The notes beneath the pieces were generated by a model. It searched no databases, was not told where the DNA came from, and saw only the letters and a list, made by a program, of their open reading frames with translations. From an uncultured Methanomassiliicoccales archaeon (GTDB taxonomy: Archaea; Thermoplasmatota; Thermoplasmata; RBG-16-68-12; JAJISG01), in assembly GCA_964347325.1 (NCBI GenBank), contig CAYFYA010000010.1:1041-65040 (forward strand): DNA of 64,000 bases. Direction: 5' to 3'. Positions 56,598 to 64,000 of this stretch are shown piece after piece. How positions within the stretch are numbered: position 1 is the stretch's first letter; the number at the start of each line of letters is the position of its first letter. A program made the translations under genes and the position numbers.

Positions 56598-57614
56598 CTA
56601 GGCTACCACAATCCCCCGCAGCAGACTCGGATCACCGCCCTCCAGGAGACGGAAGCCCTCGTTGATATCCTCCAATGAGAAGCGGTGGCTCACCATATCC
56701 CCGACCTTCAGCAGCCCCCGGGCGACTAAGTCAATGACCCTGGGAAAGTCCTGGAGGCCGCAGCCGAGAGATCCCATGACCTCCATCTCCCTGAACATGA
56801 GCTTGGCTCCACTCAGGGATACGTCCTTATGAGTATAGCCGACAACAACCAGTCTTCCACCCCACCTAAGCGAGTTAAAGGCCTGCTGAATTGTGGTCGG
56901 ATTGCCAATGACCTCCATCGCCACATCTACGCCCCCATTACTAAGCCTCCGGACTTCCTTTGGCGCATCCTCGACACTGGAGGCGTCGACCGTTTCGAAG
57001 GCGCCGAACTCTCGTGCCAGGCGCAGCTTCTGAGGAATCAGGTCTATGGCGATCACCTTCGCCCCGACGAGGGCGGCCATCTGCACCGTCGCAAGGCCAA
57101 GGCCGCCGCAGCCGTAGACGGCGACGGTCTGACCGGGATTGACCTGCGCCCGGTTGACGACGGCGTGATAGGGGGTTGATATGGCGTCGCTGACGATGGA
57201 GCCCTCCTCTAGAGGAACGGAATCAGGAAGGGGAAACGCGGCGGACTCAGGTACGGTTACGTACTCCGCAAACCCACCATCCCGATGATTGCCCAGCATG
57301 ACCATCTGGCGGCAGAGGGTGCCCCGGCCCTGCCTGCAGTATTCGCAATGGCCGCAGGGGATCACAGGAGGCACCAGGACCCGTTGTCCTTCTTCCGGAC
57401 CCCCCCTTCCCGCGGCTTCGATGGTCCCGCTGATTTCGTGTCCCAGGATGAGGGGGGGCTTCTTGAAGGTAGGAACGCCGTGGAGGTAATGTAGATCCGT
57501 CCTGCAGATCCCGCAGGCTGCCACCTTGACAAGCACCTCTCCCGCTCCAGCCTTCGGCTTCTCGACCTTCTCGACCTCCAGCTCCTTCCCGCCGCGGAAG
57601 ACGGCGGCTCTCAT
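56598..57614 (-). CDS. Zinc-dependent medium-chain alcohol dehydrogenase (candidate hydroxyacyl-CoA dehydrogenase of the pathway)
   Basis: GHE-like zinc site (CGICRTDLH, GHEISG), structural-zinc Cys cluster (CGHCEYCRQGRGTLC), Rossmann AVYGCGGLGL. The start ATG at 57614 overlaps the upstream stop by 1 nt. Confidence 0.85.
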   Translation of the reverse strand: MRAAVFRGGKELEVEKVEKPKAGAGEVLVKVAACGICRTDLHYLHGVPTFKKPPLILGHEISGTIEAAGRGGPEEGQRVLVPPVIPCGHCEYCRQGRGTLCRQMVMLGNHRDGGFAEYVTVPESAAFPLPDSVPLEEGSIVSDAISTPYHAVVNRAQVNPGQTVAVYGCGGLGLATVQMAALVGAKVIAIDLIPQKLRLAREFGAFETVDASSVEDAPKEVRRLSNGGVDVAMEVIGNPTTIQQAFNSLRWGGRLVVVGYTHKDVSLSGAKLMFREMEVMGSLGCGLQDFPRVIDLVARGLLKVGDMVSHRFSLEDINEGFRLLEGGDPSLLRGIVVA

Positions 57615-58390
57615 CATCGATCCCTCCAAGCGGGCTTCCTCTTCTCCATGAAGGCCTGCAGGCCCTCCGTGGCATCCTCCGTCGCCATGAGCTCCTCGAG
57701 GTAGATCTGCTCCGCTCCACGAAGGACATCTTCGGGGCTAACGGGGAGGGATCCCTGCAGCGCTCTCTTGGCTAGTCTCAGGGCGGCACCGCTATACCCC
57801 TCGAGTTCCTCACACACTTCCTCCACCTTGGATTTCAGTTCTTCTCGAGGGAAGACCGCGTTGACCATCCCTAGCTCGACCGCCTCTTCGGCAGTCACGC
57901 TCCGGCCCGTGAGGATCAAGTATGCGGCCCGCCGACTGCCTATAAGCACTGGGTAGATGGCGGCCCCGAAGGGCGGAAAGTGGGCGAGTTTGATCTCTGG
58001 CTGGCCGAGGACGGTATCGGTGCTCGCATAGACAAGGTCGCACGCCATGGCGACCTCTAGCCCTCCGCCGAGACAGTGACCGTGGACCTGGGCGACCGTC
58101 ACCCCTTCGAAGCCAAGGAGACGCAAAAGTCCCTGGTTAAAGCTGCGCAGCATCGACTCCACCTTGTCCTTCGTGTGGTCGGCGACGTCCACGCCCGCGG
58201 AGAAGGTCTTCCCCTCCCCCCTCACCAGGAGGACCTTCGCACCGCTGCCGGAAGCCTCCTCCACCGCCCCTTTGAACTCATCTAGCATCTCGACGTTGAG
58301 GACGTTGAGGGGCGGCCGGTTGAGGACTATGGACGCTCTCCGCTCGCCCAACTCGAGGCCGATGAAGCGGTAACCCATCCTCTTCCCCAC
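57614..58390 (-). CDS. Enoyl-CoA hydratase/isomerase (crotonase) family protein
   Basis: 258 aa. Oxyanion-hole segments (KTFSAGVDV, HGHCLGGGLEVAMACD). Confidence 0.85.
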   Translation of the reverse strand: MGKRMGYRFIGLELGERRASIVLNRPPLNVLNVEMLDEFKGAVEEASGSGAKVLLVRGEGKTFSAGVDVADHTKDKVESMLRSFNQGLLRLLGFEGVTVAQVHGHCLGGGLEVAMACDLVYASTDTVLGQPEIKLAHFPPFGAAIYPVLIGSRRAAYLILTGRSVTAEEAVELGMVNAVFPREELKSKVEEVCEELEGYSGAALRLAKRALQGSLPVSPEDVLRGAEQIYLEELMATEDATEGLQAFMEKRKPAWRDR

Positions 58391-58410
58391 GGAGGGATAC
58401 GACCCGGCTA

Positions 58411-59208
58411 CTAAGAGCTTCCGCCGCGGCGTTCCAGTCGCCAGTGGCCCAGGAAGGCCGCCCCCATGGCGCCCGCGTACTGGGACTCGGGGCTCAGGTT
58501 CACAGGCCCGCCGAGCTTCATCTCCAGGGCTTTGACCATGCCGGGGTTCATTGAGAGGCCGCCGGTGAGGGTTATCTCCTCCTCCACACCGACCTGCCTG
58601 AGTAGGGCCAGCACCCGGTCGGCTATGGAAAGGTGGGCGCCCATGACGATGTCCTCAGCCTTCTTGCCCTGAGTGACGTGGTTGATGACCTCCGACTCGG
58701 CCAGGACGGCGCAGATGCTGCTAATGGGCTGGGGATCGGTGGACCGCAAGGACGCCTCCGCCAGTTCAGACAGCTCCATCTCAAGGGCCTTCGCCACCCT
58801 CTCGAGGAAGCGACCCGCCCCCGCCGCACATCGGTCGTTCATTCGGAACTTGATGACACGTCCGTTCTCGTCGATCCTCATGGCTCGGCTGCTCTGGGCC
58901 CCGATGTCCAGGACGCACCTAGTCTTAGGAAAGAGGAGCCTAGCCCCCCGCGCGTGGCAGGTGATCTCCGTGATCTGCAAGTCCCTCGCAGGGAATGCGT
59001 AGCGTCCGTACCCCGTGGTGGCCACGTAGGCGATCTGGTCCCTGCTCAGGCCCTCCGCGGTCAGGACCTCCTGAAAGGCACTGCCAGCCGCCTTCTCCAA
59101 CAACGGCCCGGTCCTGATGCTCGACCGAACGAGGACGCTTCCCTGGTCGTCCATTAGCACCGACTTGGTCGTCCCCGCCCCGATGTCGATTCCAGCTGTG
59201 ATGGACAT
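58411..59208 (-). CDS. BadF/BadG/BcrA/BcrD-type ATPase (HgdC-like electron-transfer activator subunit), copy 2
   Basis: ASKHA fold N-terminus GIDIGAGTTK, cluster-bridging Cys contexts MNDRCAAGAGRFLE and SICAV. 265 aa. Confidence 0.85.
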   Translation of the reverse strand: MSITAGIDIGAGTTKSVLMDDQGSVLVRSSIRTGPLLEKAAGSAFQEVLTAEGLSRDQIAYVATTGYGRYAFPARDLQITEITCHARGARLLFPKTRCVLDIGAQSSRAMRIDENGRVIKFRMNDRCAAGAGRFLERVAKALEMELSELAEASLRSTDPQPISSICAVLAESEVINHVTQGKKAEDIVMGAHLSIADRVLALLRQVGVEEEITLTGGLSMNPGMVKALEMKLGGPVNLSPESQYAGAMGAAFLGHWRLERRGGSS

Positions 59209-60029
59209 CAGCTTCCCTCCACCTTCTGCGGGGCCGCCCGCGGGGCCGCACCCCTGGCCCTCTCAAGGGCGAAGAGCGCCGCTCCCAGGCATCCCATGTA
59301 CTGGGAGAGATCGCTCACGTTGATCTTCGTCTCGAACCGCTCCTCCAGGCTCCGAACCATCCCGACGTTCCTGGAGACACCTCCGGTGAAGGTGACCTCG
59401 GGTTCGATCCCGATGCGTCGGACGAGGGCGATGGTCCTGCCGGCTATCGCACTGTGCACCCCCTGCAGGATGTCCTCCACCCTCTCACCCCTAGCCAGGT
59501 GGGACACAATCTCCGACTCGACGAAGACCGTGCACACGTTGGTGATACGAATGCCCTTCGTCGACTCCAATGATACGGGCCCTATCTCGTCCAGGGTAAG
59601 ATCCAGGACCGATGCGGAGTTCTCCAGAAACCTGCCCGTCCCGGCGGCGCACTTATCGTTCATGCAGAAGTCCATGACTTCCCCAGTATCGCTCACCTTG
59701 ATGGCTTTCGTGTCCTGGCCTCCGATGTCCACCAGGGTCCGCGTCTTCGGGAAGAGGAAGTGTGCTCCCTTGGCGTGACAACTGATCTCGGTCACCTGGG
59801 TGTCCCCGAAGGCGATCTTATAGCGCCCGTACCCGGTGCCAATAACGTAGCCCAGGTCCCTCTCGGAGATACCGCTTGCGTCGAGGACCTCCTCATAGGC
59901 CTTCTCGGAGGCGGTTGTGACGTTGGCCCCCGTGGGCCTCAGGCTCTTTCCCACCACTTCGGCCCCACCATTCAGGACGATGGCCTTCGTCGTCGTGGAA
60001 CCCGCATCCACTCCCGCAACGTACATCAT
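59208..60029 (-). CDS. BadF/BadG/BcrA/BcrD-type ATPase (HgdC-like activator subunit), copy 1
   Basis: GVDAGSTTTK, MNDKCAAGTGRFLE, CTVFVESE. 273 aa. Overlaps its neighbours by 1-4 nt. Confidence 0.85.
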   Translation of the reverse strand: MMYVAGVDAGSTTTKAIVLNGGAEVVGKSLRPTGANVTTASEKAYEEVLDASGISERDLGYVIGTGYGRYKIAFGDTQVTEISCHAKGAHFLFPKTRTLVDIGGQDTKAIKVSDTGEVMDFCMNDKCAAGTGRFLENSASVLDLTLDEIGPVSLESTKGIRITNVCTVFVESEIVSHLARGERVEDILQGVHSAIAGRTIALVRRIGIEPEVTFTGGVSRNVGMVRSLEERFETKINVSDLSQYMGCLGAALFALERARGAAPRAAPQKVEGS

Positions 60030-61264
60030 GACCCCCTCACAATCCGCTGGTGCTCTAGGGACTCAAAGAAAGCATCCACCCGGTTCCTCAGCTGAGCCTC
60101 TGAGAAGTACCGCGGGTCGGCTAGGTCCGACTCTATCATAAGGGTCGGGATTCCGAGCTCGTGGCTGAAGACCTCCCGGAAGTCCGCCTGGCCTACGGAG
60201 AAGGAGCGGCACGATTTGACCGAGTGGATCACCAGGGCATCGGCCTGGAACTCCTTCACGTACTGATGGAGCAGGGCTGACCTCTTGCTCAGATTCCAGT
60301 TGGTGTAGCAGTTGATGACGTATTCCGCAACGCTCTCCATGGGACGGCTGGGATCGTGTCGGATCCCTGTCTCGAAGAGGCCGCCGACCTTGGAGTAGGT
60401 GGAGGCCACGCCGGTCACCCCCCAGGCCTTGAAGAGCTCCCAGAAGGACCGGAAGTGGGGCCAGCAGGGGGGTCCCTCGTAGATGACTCGGAACTTCTCG
60501 GTCTCGACGGGTCCCACGCCCGCCCTGCTCCGCTCTTCCATCTCATCGATGACGACCCTGTAGTAGTCGATGCACTCCTTCGTCCCCCGCAGGACGTTGA
60601 TGGGTGCCATGAAAAAGACCGCCTCGAAGTAGGCGTCGAAGGGAGAGGGTTGCAAGCGAGCCATGGACAGGAGCTCCGCCCACAGATCCTCGGCCTGACG
60701 GGAGTACTCCATGGTCTCCTTGAGCTTAGCCTCATCGAGGGACTTGCCCGTCAGCTCTTCGCAGTAGGCCACCAGTTCCCACAGCTGCTGGGTGACATAC
60801 TCCACGTCCTGCTCATAGGTAGCCTCATCCCTCAGATAAGGGACGTCCAGCAGGAACATGGGTACGTCGTAGAAATGGGCCAGGGCCTCGAACCACTTGA
60901 TGAAGGTGTTGCAGCCGGAGAAGTTGCAGACCAGGAGGTCCGGTCTGGGGATGCGGCCAAGGGGCGTCGCCCCATCCCCCAGGTAGACGCCGATGTCATT
61001 CTTCACGTACCCGCAGACATCGCTGGAGTAGCCGATGTCCTCGGCCTTGAGGATGTTGTCCCCGGCGACCCGCTTGACACCGCATTGAAGGGCGTTGATT
61101 TCAGGGTAGACCGGTCTGAACCCAAAAGGACGGAGGACCTCCACGACGTTGCCGGGGACGAAGAGGTACGCGATGGGGCCGTCGGTCTTCTCCAGGTCGC
61201 TGTAGTAGGCGCCCATCAGCTTCCTCTGCACGACCTTCCCGGCATCCTTCAGCTTCAGCTCCAC
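60026..61264 (-). CDS. 2-hydroxyacyl-CoA dehydratase / benzoyl-CoA reductase family subunit (HgdA/BcrC-like)
   Basis: 412 aa. Conserved Cys contexts (ALQCGVKR, SDVCGYVK, LLVCNFSGCN) typical of the HgdA/BcrC family. Confidence 0.8.
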   Translation of the reverse strand: MELKLKDAGKVVQRKLMGAYYSDLEKTDGPIAYLFVPGNVVEVLRPFGFRPVYPEINALQCGVKRVAGDNILKAEDIGYSSDVCGYVKNDIGVYLGDGATPLGRIPRPDLLVCNFSGCNTFIKWFEALAHFYDVPMFLLDVPYLRDEATYEQDVEYVTQQLWELVAYCEELTGKSLDEAKLKETMEYSRQAEDLWAELLSMARLQPSPFDAYFEAVFFMAPINVLRGTKECIDYYRVVIDEMEERSRAGVGPVETEKFRVIYEGPPCWPHFRSFWELFKAWGVTGVASTYSKVGGLFETGIRHDPSRPMESVAEYVINCYTNWNLSKRSALLHQYVKEFQADALVIHSVKSCRSFSVGQADFREVFSHELGIPTLMIESDLADPRYFSEAQLRNRVDAFFESLEHQRIVRGS

Positions 61265-61273
61265 GGTTTCACC

Positions 61274-62422
61274 TCACGCGAACAGTATCGACTCCACGAA
61301 GGTCTCCACTTGCATTCTGGAAGACTCGAAAGTGCTCATCTTCTCCTCGAACTCCAGGTGGAGGTAGGGGACGTCGGCGGCCTCCAGGGCCTCCTTGTAG
61401 AGGACGTAGTCGTACAGGGCGGGCTCGCAGAACTTGGCGGTGGCGAAGATGACGCCCTCCGCCTTCGACTCGTCGATCCAGTCCATAATTGCCTCCCGCC
61501 TCCGCTTCTCTGGGAACCGGACTGAAGAAAGGCGCGCCCTGTCCAGGTAGCTCTGGGCCAGGTCCCTGAGTGGATTCCCGTTTACCGGGACAGGGGCCGT
61601 GTACCACCGGTAGCCAGGGAGGAGCTCATCGTCCACGACGTAGCAGCCCGCCTCCTCCACGATCCGGAGCAGCTCGAGGGGAGGTTGCTCACAGAAGGAG
61701 CCCATCATCAACACTCGGATGTTGTCCCTCGCCTTTTCGGACCTGCCCTCTACCGCTTCCAGAGCCCCCTCGAGATAGGCGACGTGGTCCTCCGCCGGCA
61801 TGTGTGCTGCCGCCCTGACGAGGAGGTAGGCGTCGTGGGCCGACAGCTGCCAGGGTGTCTCCCTTCGGATGTCGTAGACGCTCTGAATGAGATCCCGCTG
61901 ACGGTTGTACAGCTCCACGCTCTCCCGGAGGGAGTCATCGTCGGCCGTCTCTCCCGAGAGTTTGCACAACCTGTTCCTGAACCTCTCCAGCTCCCTCTCG
62001 AGGTAGTTGACCGAGGCATCGGAGAACACGTTCTGCGGCAGGTGGAGGTACTCCGTCATCACCTGCGGGAAGTTCCTTGCCCAGACGCCAGACAGGTTTC
62101 GCGCGACGTCGCAGATGTCGGTGAAGACCATTCCGTCGAGGACCCCGGTGTTGCCCCGCAGCCCCATCTCGAGTGTGCTCCTCGTGACGGAACAGACGAA
62201 GGACTGGATCCTGGAATCGGCGTAGTCCACCTCTAGGAGGCCCCATGCGCCCATGATTCCCACCGGCAAACATCCGGCCGCGTGGATGACCTCCTGTGGC
62301 ACGTAAACGGGAAAGTGGCCGATGGCCCTTCCACCAGTCTCCTCCTTCCACCGGGACACGTACCCGAAGGACAGGTCCTCCGCCAGCTTCCTTGCGGAGC
62401 CTAGGTACTCGGACTCGGCCAA
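61274..62422 (-). CDS. 2-hydroxyacyl-CoA dehydratase / benzoyl-CoA reductase family subunit (HgdB/BcrB-like)
   Basis: 382 aa. Cys contexts HAAGC, SFVCS, TDICD, AKFCEPA. Confidence 0.8.
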   Translation of the reverse strand: MAESEYLGSARKLAEDLSFGYVSRWKEETGGRAIGHFPVYVPQEVIHAAGCLPVGIMGAWGLLEVDYADSRIQSFVCSVTRSTLEMGLRGNTGVLDGMVFTDICDVARNLSGVWARNFPQVMTEYLHLPQNVFSDASVNYLERELERFRNRLCKLSGETADDDSLRESVELYNRQRDLIQSVYDIRRETPWQLSAHDAYLLVRAAAHMPAEDHVAYLEGALEAVEGRSEKARDNIRVLMMGSFCEQPPLELLRIVEEAGCYVVDDELLPGYRWYTAPVPVNGNPLRDLAQSYLDRARLSSVRFPEKRRREAIMDWIDESKAEGVIFATAKFCEPALYDYVLYKEALEAADVPYLHLEFEEKMSTFESSRMQVETFVESILFA

Positions 62423-62487
62423 GGCATGCCTCCTGGGGCTACAGAGTAGTTATGTTGTAGCTACATCATAAACCTATCCAATACGAC

Positions 62488-62499
62488 GTTATATATTTC
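62488..62499 (+). promoter_or_regulatory. TATA box (gttatatatttc) in the divergent region between the reductase operon and the crotonase gene. A 10-bp palindrome TGTAGCTACA lies at about 62462-62471.
   Basis: AT-rich element about 75 nt upstream of the 62574 ATG, with a perfect palindrome upstream. Both read from the sequence. Confidence 0.4.
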
Positions 62500-62573
62500 G
62501 GCTGGCCGAAGGATAAGGCCTCTCCCCAAGGGACAGTCGGGAAAGTGATATAGCAGTCCCCTGATGCCTCAGC

Positions 62574-63536
62574 ATGTCTACGGAGCCCATCAAGGAGAGG
62601 TCTCCCGAGGACCTCGCGTTTAAGGAGATCATCTACGAGAAGGCCGACTGGGTCGCTCGAATCACCATCAACAGACCCGAGGTCTACAACGCCTACAGCA
62701 CGCTGACCCTGCGGGAGATGCAGGAAGCCTTCAGAGACGCTGCCTACGACGATGGAGTGGGCGTCCTGGTCCTCACCGGAGCGGGGGAGAAGGCCTTCTG
62801 CACCGGCGGAGACGTGAAGGAGTACTCTGAGGAGTACACTAGGAGGCCCCACGACTACTGGAAGTACATGGTGGAGTTTCAGGGCGCCATCGACATGCTG
62901 CGCAACTGCGGGAAGCCCACTATAGCTCGGTTGAATGGCATCGTCGCTGGGGGCGGCAATGAGTTCCAGATGGCCTGCGACCTGGCAATCGCAGCAGACC
63001 ATGTGGAGATCATGCAGGTCGGGACGAGGGTGGGAAGCGTGGCCGCCGGTGGGGCATCCCAGTGGCTCCCCATCATCGTGGGAGACAGACGGGCGCGAGA
63101 GATCCTCTACCTCTGCGAGCGAATCCCTGCTGCCAAGGCTCTGGATTGGGGGCTGGTGAACCAGGTTGTGCCGTACAAGGAGCTGGATAGCGCCGTGGCC
63201 GAGATGTGCGAGAAGCTCCTGGACAAGTTCCCCGAGTGCATGAGGTACACCAAGCAACAGGTCAACTTCTGGAAGGACCTGGTCTGGTACTCCACCATCG
63301 GGCACGCGAGAGACTGGCTGTCCATCCACTTCGCTAGCCAAGAACCGTGGGAGGGGATGCGGGCTTTCGTGGAGAAGAGGCCGGCAGAGTACCGACGCCT
63401 GAGGGAGGAGGCGGCCACCGGAGGGTCGCCATCCTTCGTCTGGGGGGCCTATGAGAAGGAGTGCGGTGAGTGTGGGGCGAAGGGCCTTCCGTCTGGGTTT
63501 GAGTACTGCGGTTCATGCGGCGCGAAGATCGAGTAG
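62574..63536 (+). CDS. Crotonase-fold enzyme (enoyl-CoA hydratase / MenB / ring-hydrolase-like) with a C-terminal CxxC...CxxC zinc ribbon
   Basis: Crotonase core (LTGAGEKAFCTGGDV, ARLNGIVAGGGNEFQMACD) plus a terminal KECGECGAKGLPSGFEYCGSCGAKIE. Confidence 0.8.
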   Translation: MSTEPIKERSPEDLAFKEIIYEKADWVARITINRPEVYNAYSTLTLREMQEAFRDAAYDDGVGVLVLTGAGEKAFCTGGDVKEYSEEYTRRPHDYWKYMVEFQGAIDMLRNCGKPTIARLNGIVAGGGNEFQMACDLAIAADHVEIMQVGTRVGSVAAGGASQWLPIIVGDRRAREILYLCERIPAAKALDWGLVNQVVPYKELDSAVAEMCEKLLDKFPECMRYTKQQVNFWKDLVWYSTIGHARDWLSIHFASQEPWEGMRAFVEKRPAEYRRLREEAATGGSPSFVWGAYEKECGECGAKGLPSGFEYCGSCGAKIE

Positions 63537-63548
63537 TGTCGGAAGCGA

Positions 63549-64000
63549 TTACCGGAAGTGTCTTCCTAGCCATCTCCTCTCGAGGAGGACCTTCGCCCAG
63601 TGCCACAGACGGCCAGGCCTCCTCATTGATATCGCGGGTTCGGCCTCCCCATAGAAGTTGCCTCTAACCATCCCGGCCCGACCGAAGCCCGTCTCCAAGA
63701 AGCACATCCCGTATCCGTCCCACCGGTGCAATCCTCCGCCGACGATCTCGGAGACGATGTTTTGGCATGCAGTCTTAGACTGGCCCTCTGCGAATACCCC
63801 GGCCTTGGGTAGAGTCGGGACGTTACCGGATGGTGTCTTGATGCTCGTGACGTCGCCGACGGCGTAGACATCGTCAAAGGATGACTGCATCGTATGCCGG
63901 TCTACGGGAATCCAGGGACCGTCCTTCGTCAGGTCGGAGTTCCTCACGGCATCGCACGTCGTATGGGGTGGTATCGCCACTAGGAGGTCGTACTCCATCT
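63549..64000 (-). CDS. FAD-dependent pyridine-nucleotide-disulfide oxidoreductase (SQR/NDH-2-like), C-terminal fragment. The gene continues beyond the window end.
   Basis: Second FAD-binding GD motif (VYAVGDVTSI) and downstream regions typical of sulfide:quinone oxidoreductase / type II NADH dehydrogenase. Truncated by the window. Confidence 0.5.
   Translation of the reverse strand, partial: MEYDLLVAIPPHTTCDAVRNSDLTKDGPWIPVDRHTMQSSFDDVYAVGDVTSIKTPSGNVPTLPKAGVFAEGQSKTACQNIVSEIVGGGLHRWDGYGMCFLETGFGRAGMVRGNFYGEAEPAISMRRPGRLWHWAKVLLERRWLGRHFR

Noticed and set aside
1-64000. Search for tRNA/rRNA genes, CRISPR arrays and IS elements
   Set aside because: No GTTC(G/A)AATC-type T-arm contexts or cloverleaf-compatible segments in the intergenic regions. 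No short direct repeats with regular spacing. No transposase, integrase or recombinase motifs among the ORFs. None reported.

Overview
This 64 kb window is high-GC (~62%), gene-dense DNA that reads as archaeal, most likely a euryarchaeal or Thermoplasmatota-like lineage. The evidence is an RFC small subunit, an ATP-dependent DNA ligase with the KYDGxR motif, a Sec11-type signal peptidase I, an NcsA/TtuA tRNA-thiolation enzyme, and AT-rich TATA boxes about 25-35 nt upstream of several start codons, frequently leaderless. Housekeeping genes (serS, purB, purA, lig, rfcS, ncsA, ltaE, a geranylgeranyl reductase) are interleaved with accessory and cell-envelope islands. I saw no rRNA, tRNA, CRISPR array or transposase/integrase.

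The accessory content is:
- very large signal-peptide proteins rich in N-glycosylation sequons, each ending in a C-terminal TM helix plus a basic tail: a 1025-aa repeat protein, a 2170-aa subtilisin with a PQQ beta-propeller, and an 890-aa metzincin with a PKD domain;
- a 7TM(transglutaminase-like)-ATP-grasp fusion translationally coupled to a membrane-anchored subtilisin, followed by a MacB/FtsX-type ABC exporter and a signal peptidase I;
- an operon of a small exosortase/archaeosortase-domain protein, a processive GT2, a bactofilin-like protein and a secreted protein with a tripartite C-terminus;
- a KaiC-like ATPase with a double-DUF835 membrane protein and a small RHH regulator;
- at the 3' end, a tight operon encoding a benzoyl-CoA-reductase-like or 2-hydroxyacyl-CoA-dehydratase-like radical enzyme (two HgdAB/BcrBC-type subunits and two distinct HgdC/BadFG-type ATPases) with a crotonase and a Zn-ADH, plus a divergent crotonase carrying a zinc ribbon. 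This looks like a complete ATP-dependent aryl-CoA dearomatization and ring-processing module.

I also found a frameshifted NAD-dependent epimerase gene and a recurring GATTATCAC/GATAATCG motif in three promoter regions. All functional calls rest on reading motifs in the translated ORFs. No database searches were run.
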